Shown here in pieces: positions 1 to 8,070 of a stretch of DNA of 41,644 nucleotides. Under the pieces are notes generated by a model. The model searched no databases, was not told where the DNA came from, and was given only the letters and a program-made list of their open reading frames with translations. This stretch comes from a virus: IMG/VR virus record IMGVR_UViG_3300011432_000014, one strand, 5' to 3'. Made by a program: the position numbers and the translations under genes. The stretch's first letter is position 1. The number at the start of each line of letters is the position of its first letter.

Positions 1-123
1 AAGGTTGAAAACCTCTGTTGTCTACTTTAGTTTCCATTGTTTCCAAATTTTACTTGTTCATAATATCCTTGCTTTTCTGCAAGTTCAATAATAGAGTTTG
101 CGATCATGAAAGCGTGAGGGAAA
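1..123. repeat. Terminal direct repeat, left copy (identical to 41522..41644)
   Basis: Bases 1-123 (AAGGTTGAAAACCTCTGTTG...AGCGTGAGGGAAA) recur base-for-base at 41522-41644. Confidence 0.95.
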
Positions 124-203
124 ACATTAATTGCGTGTAAGAGTTTAGCTGTCCATTCTTTTCTGTCTCTATCGCTTAACTGATTAAATTCGTTTTTTTC
201 CAT
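27..203 (-). CDS. Hypothetical protein (start refined to ATG at 203; the track start at 242 is a TTG)
   Basis: ORF MEKNEFNQLSDRDRKEW...; AGGAGA lies just upstream of the ATG at 203; its stop overlaps the start of the next gene across the circular junction (41567 = position 46). Confidence 0.6.
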   Translation of the reverse strand: MEKNEFNQLSDRDRKEWTAKLLHAINVFPHAFMIANSIIELAEKQGYYEQVKFGNNGN

Positions 204-306
204 TTCTCCTATTTGAATGGTGAATAAGAATAAGTGTTGCAATAGCTATAAATAAGAAATAGCTTGCTAATGTTTCCATGTCTAAGTACATATGTTTGTT
301 TTTTGT

Positions 307-2484
307 TTAAAAAGTGTCAGGCGGTACAGATATTGTTCTCACATAGTTTTCGCCTCTTCCAATCTTTTTCACCAGCCATTTTTTCTTTGTGGAATTGTAT
401 TCTTTCACTGCCTTATTTATAAAGCCGTTCTTGGTTAATTGCTTACCTATATTTTCAATGGACATTTTCTGGTTTGTCAGGTACTCCATTTCAACTTTTA
501 TCTCTGAAGAAGTCAACATTTCATCAGCGTTCTCATTCGTATAGTACTTAAGCAAAAGTTCTTTTTCGATACTTACAGCTTCGAACTCGAATTCATGTGT
601 TTTAAGATACGTAATGTCTTCTTTCAATACTGTCCAGTCGAACCCACTTTTCCACAGGCAATAGGTTTCCCTGAACAGGTCAATTTTATCTATCGAGTTG
701 TAGACTTTATGGTTTATATCAGATACATTGACTGGTATTATTCTTCTGTTTTCAGTATCTCGTAAAATATTCTTTGTGTTAGTCGTCGCACACAAACAAG
801 CCAATCTATGAAGAGATACGTTTATCCTACCGTATGGTTCTCGTAAGTCAAACGTTTGTTTAGAAGTCAATTCCTTCAACCGCTGCTCTTCCTTTTTGCT
901 CTTACCACTCATCTCATCGTCCATTATGAACCATTTTTGAGTCATCAGTATTTCATCATCTTTTCCTGCATCGAGTTTGCTTTCCGCATAATACTTTTGC
1001 ATCTCTTTTGGTAACAGTCTTCTGAAAAACTCTGTTTTCCCTGTGCCTTGTCGTTCCCCTGATAACACGAACATTAAAGGTGAATGTAATCCGAAAGCGC
1101 AGGATATCGAACTCACTAACCACTTTTTCAAAAAGTAATTTGTGAACTCTGGAGTATCATTTATTATTGAGGACGACAACCTGTCTATCAATGGACTTTT
1201 AAATTTAAGGTCTTCCTTGTACCCCTCATTAAACTGTGTGAGAAATCGTCTTACAGGATGATAGCCTTGAACATAGTCAGACATTACCAAACGCTCGAAC
1301 AGTTCATATGTTAAATTATTGAGAACTTTCTTGGCTGCAATAAACATTGTGTTCAAGTCCCTCTGTTCCAATTGCTCTCCGCCTATTTTTTCAATGAACC
1401 GAGATACAGTGTTACGTTCCAACTTGTAATTTGCGCTCATGTACAATTCAAGTTGGTCAAGGATTGAGTCACCGTCACCCTGCGAGGCAGAGTTGTCGAA
1501 CATCTCGGAAATTGTTTCTTCCGTAGATTCCAAACCTTCCTTTTCAAGAACTTCAAATATTTGCTTCTTTCCAAGTCCTGCAGTTTTTGAATTTACTACA
1601 ATTTTCCTAATCCTTTGTGTCTTATCAGAAAATATCTTAACACCAGCTTCTTTGCAATAAAAGTAAAAAGTCGAAATTGTCGCAAGCTTTAATACTCCTG
1701 TTCGTTTTATAGAATAATCGTACTGCTTGTCGGTTCGAGGTTTTGAGTATTTTTCCGATATTGAAGAAACGACATGATAGTAATCCCTGCCACGTTCTCC
1801 AAACTTATCAGCAAATGCGAAACCAATCTTTACCCACCTGTCGTAGTCATCACACAGATTAATACCTCTCTGAGTTATTTGTTTCAGTATTTCATTAAAG
1901 TCTTCATCTGCAAACGCAAAGTTAACAATCTTCTCTACTCTTGTTTCTTTTACGTATTGTAGAAACAATGGAACTTGAGTATCCGATACATACAGATTAG
2001 GGTCATAAGTTACACCAAATGGTTTTGACACAGCTATAGACTGAGGGTCGCACATTATATTGTACGTCTTCAAAAGATATTGAGATAATCCCAAGTAGGA
2101 TTCTCGATGCCTCAGTGGGTTAATGCGAAAGAGCACTGTTAACCCTTTCCCACTACTTGACACGAAGGCAGCGTAAACGTACTTATCAGTCATCAACATC
2201 TCTTTAACCACTTCAGGCTCTTCCAAGTCGTCAATGTCAATAGCAATGTACCCACTGTGTTCGAGTAAACCTGCATTCTCTCGGACTTGAAACGTGCCGG
2301 AAAACGTGACTCGGTCTAAATTTGCCTTTAGTCGTTTATATGTTTTTTCATTCTTTTCATTTCTCAATTCATAAATAGCATCCTCGTAGCGGCCATCTCT
2401 TATTTCTGTTAAGTACGCTTCGAGGGGAACGTTTCCCTTAGGCGCAGTGTTGTAAACTGTGCCAAATAAAGAAATAGTGGACAT
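307..2484 (-). CDS. DNA primase / helicase, BT4734-N + VirE-type P-loop NTPase
   Basis: 725 aa; N-terminal HSGYIAIDIDDLEEPE segment (BT4734/VirE_N-like); C-terminal Walker A GERQGTGKTEF and Walker B WFIMDDEMSG, typical of VirE-family primase-helicases of Bacteroidota phages and mobile elements. Confidence 0.8.
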   Translation of the reverse strand: MSTISLFGTVYNTAPKGNVPLEAYLTEIRDGRYEDAIYELRNEKNEKTYKRLKANLDRVTFSGTFQVRENAGLLEHSGYIAIDIDDLEEPEVVKEMLMTDKYVYAAFVSSSGKGLTVLFRINPLRHRESYLGLSQYLLKTYNIMCDPQSIAVSKPFGVTYDPNLYVSDTQVPLFLQYVKETRVEKIVNFAFADEDFNEILKQITQRGINLCDDYDRWVKIGFAFADKFGERGRDYYHVVSSISEKYSKPRTDKQYDYSIKRTGVLKLATISTFYFYCKEAGVKIFSDKTQRIRKIVVNSKTAGLGKKQIFEVLEKEGLESTEETISEMFDNSASQGDGDSILDQLELYMSANYKLERNTVSRFIEKIGGEQLEQRDLNTMFIAAKKVLNNLTYELFERLVMSDYVQGYHPVRRFLTQFNEGYKEDLKFKSPLIDRLSSSIINDTPEFTNYFLKKWLVSSISCAFGLHSPLMFVLSGERQGTGKTEFFRRLLPKEMQKYYAESKLDAGKDDEILMTQKWFIMDDEMSGKSKKEEQRLKELTSKQTFDLREPYGRINVSLHRLACLCATTNTKNILRDTENRRIIPVNVSDINHKVYNSIDKIDLFRETYCLWKSGFDWTVLKEDITYLKTHEFEFEAVSIEKELLLKYYTNENADEMLTSSEIKVEMEYLTNQKMSIENIGKQLTKNGFINKAVKEYNSTKKKWLVKKIGRGENYVRTISVPPDTF

Positions 2485-2507
2485 TATGGACTAAGTTTAT
2501 TGGTTTA

Positions 2508-2521
2508 CCACAAAAAGAAAA
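2508..2521 (-). promoter_or_regulatory. Copy of conserved element (minus strand CTTTTCTTTTTGTGGTAAA), 23 nt upstream of the primase ATG
   Basis: Plus strand CCACAAAAAGAAAAG; member of the motif family listed in findings; overlaps the T-run of the preceding terminator. Confidence 0.5.
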
Positions 2522-2548
2522 GGATGCGAGAAATCATAAACTCGCACC
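2522..2548 (-). terminator. Intrinsic terminator-like hairpin after the 59-aa gene
   Basis: Minus strand GGTGCGAG-TTTATGATTT-CTCGCATCC followed by TTTTCTTTTT. Confidence 0.55.
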
Positions 2549-2567
2549 TTTCTTAAAGGATAGGGTG

Positions 2568-2747
2568 TTAATACAGGTAGTTCATTAAGAGCTCATACAT
2601 TACATCTCTATCAATATTTTCAATCTCCTCATCGGTCATTTCTTTTCCGTCATATTCAGCGCTAACTATATAGGCGTCGCAATAGTCTGGTGCATCCTTA
2701 TGGTCGATGCCCTCGAAAACTACGTCTGAAAATAATTTAATTTGCAT
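2568..2747 (-). CDS. Small acidic hypothetical protein (start refined to ATG at 2747)
   Basis: MQIKLFSDVVFEGIDHKDAPDY...; the longer track ORF would overlap the helicase 3' end by 134 nt; the ATG at 2747 overlaps the helicase stop by 11 nt. Confidence 0.6.
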   Translation of the reverse strand: MQIKLFSDVVFEGIDHKDAPDYCDAYIVSAEYDGKEMTDEEIENIDRDVMYELLMNYLY

Positions 2748-4341
2748 ATTCGAGTTTTTTGGTGTTTTTAAACTCGTAGTACTTATCGAAGTTATATTTT
2801 GCCAACTCCCTATGCCAGTACTTATCGAAATATCTTTCAGGAAATGCTTGCTTGAACCACTTCTCAACAAATGAAAAGTAAATGTCGAATAGCTGATTCT
2901 TCTTTGTAGGTGTCATTTCCATTGACTCCTCAGCCCTATCAATCATCTTGATTGCGGCTTCGAAAAATGCTTGATAACTTCCACGCTTTATATTGTTCAA
3001 CAATTTTTCAAGTTCGGGGTCGTCTGTAACAGTAACCCATTCGAGAAGTATCTGCTGTTCTTCGTAAGCTTTACGATTAAAAATATGACCGCACTCTTCA
3101 CCTGTTTCTGGAAGTACAATGTCACACCTCATCTTTGCAGCATGTATAAAGCAACCACACGAAGGACATTCTTTCATAGGAGCTACTCCGTCCTTTGGTA
3201 TTTCAGGATTATTGAAAATCCAATGCCAGTCCCTCTCTTCGCACCAGTCACCGTGAGTAATGCAATTGCCGCCCATATCTATAATCTGAAACCTTGATTT
3301 CGGCTTCAAATCATAAGGGTAACGATATTGGTTCTCATTGCACCACTCTTGGTCACATGGTCTGCTACCTCTACCGCACATCTGCAACCAGAGTGCCATT
3401 GAAGTAGTAGCTCTATTAATTATAACTGTTTCTATTGTTGGCTCATCAAATCCAAGAGTCGCAATCCCAACATTACAAAGTACAGCATTAGGCGTATCGT
3501 GAAACCATTTAAAGATTTCCCTGCGCTCGTTTTCTGGAGTTGTTCCGTCAACGTGCCTACATGGTATATCAAATAACTCGAAATTATCTTTAACAGCAAT
3601 ACTGTGCTCAATGTTTACATTGAAGACGATTGCTTTTTTACCTCTTGAAAACTTTTTGTATGCAAGATAGGTGCTCATTACATATTTCGTTCTCATGAAC
3701 TCTTCAGCCATTGATGAAATATCGTAATCACCAGTTGAGGCAATTGCAAGCTTCGCTTTGTCAATTACGTCCTTCGGTGAACGAGTAATGTTCTGTGCAA
3801 GATTGCCGTACTTAATTAACGTCTTGATACTTGGGCCAGTAGACAAAACAGAATAATACTTATTCATCGGTTCTCTCTTTGAACTCGATATTGGAGTCGC
3901 TGTGAAACCAATGATGTACTCTTTAGTAAATTGTCTGTGTAATTTATTGAAGCTCGCATTGTGCGCCTCATCAATAATTACTAATCCGATGTTCATGTCT
4001 TCAGCAACTACTTGGTCGAAACGTTTGCTTACGGACTCAACCATGCCAATGTAAGCTGGTGCAAAGTCAACCCATTTCGTACCTGCCTTGATAAGACTCA
4101 TTGTCTCACCAAAGATGTTTTCCATTGTTGCTTTTGTCTGATACATCAGCTCTTCCCGATGTACGAGAATCAATGTCTTCTTTCCTGTTTTGTGATAGTA
4201 ACGATGTGCAAGTTTACTGAACATTACGGTCTTGCCGCCGCCTGTAGGTAATTGTGCTAATACATTTTTGTACTTACCAAGACTGCGGATAATATCCTCA
4301 ATCTGGTCTTCCTGATACTGTCTGTCTCTAATTTGATGCAT
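2737..4341 (-). CDS. Superfamily-2 DEAH-box DNA helicase with C-terminal Cys-cluster
   Basis: Walker A AQLPTGGGKT, motif II VIIDEAHNAS, motif III GFTATP, Cys cluster CPSCGC...EECGH. Confidence 0.85.
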   Translation of the reverse strand: MHQIRDRQYQEDQIEDIIRSLGKYKNVLAQLPTGGGKTVMFSKLAHRYYHKTGKKTLILVHREELMYQTKATMENIFGETMSLIKAGTKWVDFAPAYIGMVESVSKRFDQVVAEDMNIGLVIIDEAHNASFNKLHRQFTKEYIIGFTATPISSSKREPMNKYYSVLSTGPSIKTLIKYGNLAQNITRSPKDVIDKAKLAIASTGDYDISSMAEEFMRTKYVMSTYLAYKKFSRGKKAIVFNVNIEHSIAVKDNFELFDIPCRHVDGTTPENERREIFKWFHDTPNAVLCNVGIATLGFDEPTIETVIINRATTSMALWLQMCGRGSRPCDQEWCNENQYRYPYDLKPKSRFQIIDMGGNCITHGDWCEERDWHWIFNNPEIPKDGVAPMKECPSCGCFIHAAKMRCDIVLPETGEECGHIFNRKAYEEQQILLEWVTVTDDPELEKLLNNIKRGSYQAFFEAAIKMIDRAEESMEMTPTKKNQLFDIYFSFVEKWFKQAFPERYFDKYWHRELAKYNFDKYYEFKNTKKLEYAN

Positions 4342-4361
4342 AAATAACTCAATTTATGTGT

Positions 4362-4637
4362 TTAGAATAATGATGACTGGTTTGTGTTGCCGCCTGAATT
4401 TTTTCCTTTGTGGCTGGCGACTGTTTTTCTTTTCTTTTCTTTTTCCACAAAGATTAAAAGTCCTATGTCGTCCATCTCCGCTACTTGTTCTGGTCTTGTT
4501 ATGAACAGCTCGTTTGTTCTCAAATTACGATAAACTGAAAACTCATCATCGTGTTTCTTAACGAATTCCAGTTTATCGTGCTTTACGGCATATACTCTCG
4601 AAAATCCAATATCTTCGAGTGCTACGAGTACTTTCAT
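4362..4637 (-). CDS. Hypothetical protein
   Basis: 91-aa ORF; ATGA overlap with the upstream gene (4634-4637). Confidence 0.65.
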   Translation of the reverse strand: MKVLVALEDIGFSRVYAVKHDKLEFVKKHDDEFSVYRNLRTNELFITRPEQVAEMDDIGLLIFVEKEKKRKTVASHKGKNSGGNTNQSSLF

Positions 4638-4840
4638 CGTGCCAAATTCTCAACGTGATTACGAAGATACCTGAAAAATGCTTCCTCAGTTTCACGGTTT
4701 GCGTAAATAAGAAGGTCGGCACGTTCCTTAATTGATAGTGCATTGTAAGCATCTGTTACAGGTTGTTTCCTGTTTGTATCGAGAGCAACTTGTACTAATG
4801 CTTGAAAGTTGCTTGCTGGCGTATTTAATATTTGATTCAT
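4634..4840 (-). CDS. Hypothetical protein
   Basis: 68-aa ORF, first gene after the phased GTTAA array. Confidence 0.65.
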   Translation of the reverse strand: MNQILNTPASNFQALVQVALDTNRKQPVTDAYNALSIKERADLLIYANRETEEAFFRYLRNHVENLAR

Positions 4841-4863
4841 GTACGCAATATACTTGAGAATAC

Positions 4864-4901
4864 GTTAACGTGGTGTTAACGATATGTTAAACAAATGTTA
4901 A
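4864..4901. promoter_or_regulatory. Four GTTAA cores at exact 11-bp phasing
   Basis: GTTAA starts at 4864, 4875, 4886 and 4897, between the methyltransferase stop and the next gene start. Confidence 0.6.
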
Positions 4902-5590
4902 AAAAAATCAATTCTTTGCTGAGTACATTTCTTAACAAAGTTGTCAATTCCAGATAAGTGATGCTGTTCCTGCAGCTCAACAACGTCAATACTAAGATGA
5001 TAACGCCAAGCTGCAATAACTATGTTATGTGAGCCTCCATGCGTATCGAGTATTCTTGGTCGTTGACCTAAACTTAATATCTCCCTGTCAAACAAATCTT
5101 TAAATATAGCATCGTATAGATAAACAGGCTTTTGAGTGTCATGTATCTTCTCATGCTTAACATCTTTTTGCCTGCTCCTTTTAATCATCTTTGGAGCTCC
5201 CTCAAAAGAAGTCCATGCAAATTCGCAGTCTGCAAAGGACAAACCTTCAGGTTGCTCTTTGTCCCAGAGATAGAACTTTTGGCAGTTTCCAAGAAATTCG
5301 CCAAAGTAATTTGCTCCCCAGACAATTTGGTTTCTGGTTACGTAGAAAAGCTTTTCCCAATAAAGCTCTTTTGGAGTTTCGGAATCCCAAGTTCCACGTT
5401 CATGCTTAATCTCTTTAAGCTGTTTTTTGGTTTTACCCAAGTTCATCTTTGTAACGTCAATGCCATAAGGCGGGTCAACTATTCCAAGATGATACCACTT
5501 CCAATCAATCTCATTCATCCACTCGATATTATCCCCAAGTATAAATCTTATTGTATTATTTTTTTGTCCTTTGAATTCTACTATTTTCAT
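4898..5590 (-). CDS. DNA methyltransferase (amino-MTase, N6-adenine or N4-cytosine, beta-class motif order)
   Basis: Motif IV IVDPPYGI near the N-terminus, motif I-like ILDTHGGSHN near the C-terminus. Confidence 0.8.
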   Translation of the reverse strand: MKIVEFKGQKNNTIRFILGDNIEWMNEIDWKWYHLGIVDPPYGIDVTKMNLGKTKKQLKEIKHERGTWDSETPKELYWEKLFYVTRNQIVWGANYFGEFLGNCQKFYLWDKEQPEGLSFADCEFAWTSFEGAPKMIKRSRQKDVKHEKIHDTQKPVYLYDAIFKDLFDREILSLGQRPRILDTHGGSHNIVIAAWRYHLSIDVVELQEQHHLSGIDNFVKKCTQQRIDFF

Positions 5591-5595
5591 AATTT

Positions 5596-5900
5596 AAGTT
5601 TTAAAAATAATATCCAGTTGTAGACACAACCGGACTTTTCGAAAAACAAACATAACCTTGAGTAAAAACAAAAGGATATATATATCAGCAATAACAATAT
5701 TTTAAAAATGAGTCCTTACAAGTAGAAACTTCAGGACTGTACTATAAACCATCATAAACAATGACAAACATAGCAATATTTTTAAAGAGTCCATAAATGT
5801 AGACACATCAGGACTGACCTTTCATAAACAATAAACAAGAGACAAAACAAAGCAATATTTTAAAAAACCTCCAGATGTAGAAACAACAGAGGGATATGTC
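5596..5900 (-). repeat. Four tandem ~80-98-nt units, each a hairpin with conserved apex GT(G/T)TCTAC followed by TTTTTAAAATATTGC
   Basis: Hairpins at 5613-5634, 5711-5738, 5788-5815 and 5868-5893; lower stems differ but stay paired. Confidence 0.8.
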
Positions 5901-5913
5901 ACAAACCATCGCA

Positions 5914-6201
5914 CTAATAAGCGATTTCAAATTCAAAAGGTTGAACTAAATTTGGTTTATTCATAATCAAAATAAGGCTATCTATAAATTTAATAACGTG
6001 TTCTGGTAACGGATAAAATATTTGTGGAATACTATAATTGTTCCAATCAACTTTAACTGTATCTACTCCTACCATACATTCAAACCCTGTCACTCTTTTC
6101 ATTGCAATTGCAACTGGACAAGAAAACGCAATAATAGCATTTCTATTATTCATTAAATTTAACGATGTACTTATATCTTCTTGAGTTACCTGTATTTTCA
6201 T
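5914..6201 (-). CDS. Small conserved hypothetical protein, paralog of 40323..40604
   Basis: MKIQVTQEDI...CPVAIAMKRVTGFEC...PFEFEIAY aligns with MKIQVTQGII...CPIAVAVRAETGFDC...PFEFEL. Confidence 0.75.
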   Translation of the reverse strand: MKIQVTQEDISTSLNLMNNRNAIIAFSCPVAIAMKRVTGFECMVGVDTVKVDWNNYSIPQIFYPLPEHVIKFIDSLILIMNKPNLVQPFEFEIAY

Positions 6202-6250
6202 AAAATAATTTTTAAAGATTGTCCAGCTATAGAAATAACCGGACGCATTT
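6202..6250 (-). repeat. Fifth copy of the hairpin unit, directly upstream of the 6201 ATG
   Basis: Minus strand TCCGGTTAT-TTCT-ATAGCTGGA then CAATCTTTAAAAATTATTTT-ATG. Confidence 0.6.
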
Positions 6251-6289
6251 AAGTATTCCTTGAGAAACGTGGAAAATTATCCACTAAGT

Positions 6290-6751
6290 TTAGAAAGATT
6301 TCCAATACTTACCTATAATAATGTTATCAATAGTCTTTTCGCAAACTCCAAATCCATTAGCTATATCTCGCTTATGAATGTTTAAGTCAAAATACAAATG
6401 CCTTATTTTTGGAATATCTTCATTTTTTAACTTAGAAGTCCCAACACGCTCGCCTAATGCTCTTCTTCCTCTTTCGTCCATATCTCTTACGTTATCAAGA
6501 ATATTACCTATTTCTAAATGGTCTGGATTTATACAAAGTCTATTGTCGCAAATATGTCTTACGTGAATATAACTTTCCAGATTGTCTATATTTAATTTCT
6601 CTATTATAATCCATCTCGAAATAAGTAATCTTCTTTTATTTATCCATCCTCTTGGGTATCCATACGAGTTAAGGTCATTTTTGCAGTTGTAACATTCATT
6701 CTCGTCTATATCTATGTCAAATTGTTTGCCAAGAATTTCTATAACATACAT
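6290..6751 (-). CDS. HNH homing endonuclease (HNH_3-like) with C-terminal HTH-like tail
   Basis: HVRHICDNRLCINPDHLEIGNILDNVRD core; paralog of 39621..40058 (RHTCDNPKCINPEHLISGTQDDNIQD). Confidence 0.8.
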   Translation of the reverse strand: MYVIEILGKQFDIDIDENECYNCKNDLNSYGYPRGWINKRRLLISRWIIIEKLNIDNLESYIHVRHICDNRLCINPDHLEIGNILDNVRDMDERGRRALGERVGTSKLKNEDIPKIRHLYFDLNIHKRDIANGFGVCEKTIDNIIIGKYWKSF

Positions 6752-6772
6752 AGATAAAATGTTAAAATTTTG

Positions 6773-7354
6773 TTAAAAAGGTAAATCATCCATAATGTCG
6801 GCTGCACTATCAACGAGAGTCTTCTTCTCTTCCTGTTTCACCCATTCAAGCTCTTCGCCGTTTCCAAGAATTTCTCCTTTTAATTCTTTGTCTTTTTTGG
6901 CTAATTCAATAGGAACGTCTTGTGTAATGAAACCCAAGCGTCCGTACCTATCTACTTCTCCATCTGGAAGCATGTGCAGTGTCATTTTAAGATACACACC
7001 ACCTTTTTCTCCTTTATATAACCATGACTTATCAATCTTGGTTACATCAATGTCAAGTTTAATGAATCTCTTTTCTTTTTTAGCCTTGTTGATTCTATCT
7101 GGCTGTTTCTTTTCTTCTGCCATTTTTTGGAATTTTGATTTAATATTAGAATTATAGTAACCTCCAAATGATTTCTGGAGTTGAAATTCAAAAAATACTT
7201 CAATAGGCACATTTTTATAAATGTGAGCTGTTGTATCCTTCATCACTATGGAGAGTACCTCCTCACGTGGCTTATAATTTATTTGGGTTATGAATGAAGA
7301 TTCTTTCTCGTTCAAAAAAATTATAAAGTTGCCATCAACTACTGTTTTTTTCAT
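6773..7354 (-). CDS. KTSC-domain / single-stranded-DNA-binding protein fusion (start refined to ATG at 7354)
   Basis: KTSC-like INYKPREEVLSIVMKDTTAHIYKNVPIEVFFEFQLQKSFGGYYNSNIK; C-terminal acidic tail ending DDLPF like the bacterial SSB tip DDDIPF; the ATG at 7354 lies 1 nt after the upstream stop. Confidence 0.7.
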   Translation of the reverse strand: MKKTVVDGNFIIFLNEKESSFITQINYKPREEVLSIVMKDTTAHIYKNVPIEVFFEFQLQKSFGGYYNSNIKSKFQKMAEEKKQPDRINKAKKEKRFIKLDIDVTKIDKSWLYKGEKGGVYLKMTLHMLPDGEVDRYGRLGFITQDVPIELAKKDKELKGEILGNGEELEWVKQEEKKTLVDSAADIMDDLPF

Positions 7355-7355
7355 C

Positions 7356-7835
7356 TTAAAAGGGTAAATAAAGTTCTGTTGTTTGTTTAAGGTATCTTTC
7401 AATTATAGCTTCATTTGTGTAGACAACGTCTGCAAAAACATTATTTCTCCATGCCGCCATAGGAACTTCAATTGAGTTGCCTATGTACAAACAAGTATTT
7501 TTTCTTTTTGTGAAAGTCAGAAAAAGATAATCCATCAATTCCCTCTTACCTCCTCGCATGTTTGTCTTCTCTGGCTTTCCTCTGAGGCTTGTCCACAAAA
7601 AAGAAATGTCTGTGCCATTTTCAACTATTATGAACTTCTCGCAATTTCCGAGTTGCTGTATATACTTATTGGCATTGAAGATTAGCTGATGCTTACTCCG
7701 TTCAAAAAGTAATGCTCTGTCAAACTCTCCTTCTTCGAAAAGTGCAAAATCGTATTTCTTTCTGAAGTCGAATTCAGATTTCTCGTTTTGCGGAATAAAC
7801 CTTATGCAAAAGTCGTTATATTTAACTTCCCTCAT
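7356..7835 (-). CDS. Hypothetical protein
   Basis: 159-aa ORF in the tight minus-strand gene array. Confidence 0.65.
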   Translation of the reverse strand: MREVKYNDFCIRFIPQNEKSEFDFRKKYDFALFEEGEFDRALLFERSKHQLIFNANKYIQQLGNCEKFIIVENGTDISFLWTSLRGKPEKTNMRGGKRELMDYLFLTFTKRKNTCLYIGNSIEVPMAAWRNNVFADVVYTNEAIIERYLKQTTELYLPF

Positions 7836-8070
7836 TCTGCAAAAGTTCTTCTGGTATTCTATCCATGATTTCCTTTAGGTCATTGTACACAGACTTGGCG
7901 GCAAACTTGCCATTTTCAATCTGGTCAACGTAAGATATGAACGCAGCGAAGATTTCCGGTGCAAGCTCAAGCATCTTATCCCTCAGTGGGTCGGTTGTCT
8001 GCGCAATGTAGCAGATAATCTCACCGGTCTGCGCATCCTCAATTATTTTGTTACTCTTTCTCCATTTCAT
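7822..8070 (-). CDS. Hypothetical protein
   Basis: 82-aa ORF, short overlaps on both sides. Confidence 0.6.
   Translation of the reverse strand: MKWRKSNKIIEDAQTGEIICYIAQTTDPLRDKMLELAPEIFAAFISYVDQIENGKFAAKSVYNDLKEIMDRIPEELLQNEGS

Noticed and set aside
184-279. 31-aa hydrophobic minus-strand ORF (METLASYFLFIAIATLILIHHSNRRNGKKRI) upstream of gene 27..203
   Set aside because: It overlaps the refined start of the downstream gene by 20 nt in another frame, and its length is insufficient for confidence. It could be real but cannot be supported from sequence alone.
5596-5900. Possible mini-CRISPR array
   Set aside because: The units are about 80-98 nt with variable stems and a conserved apex and tail. 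They are not identical 28-37-nt repeats separated by unique spacers, and no cas genes are present.
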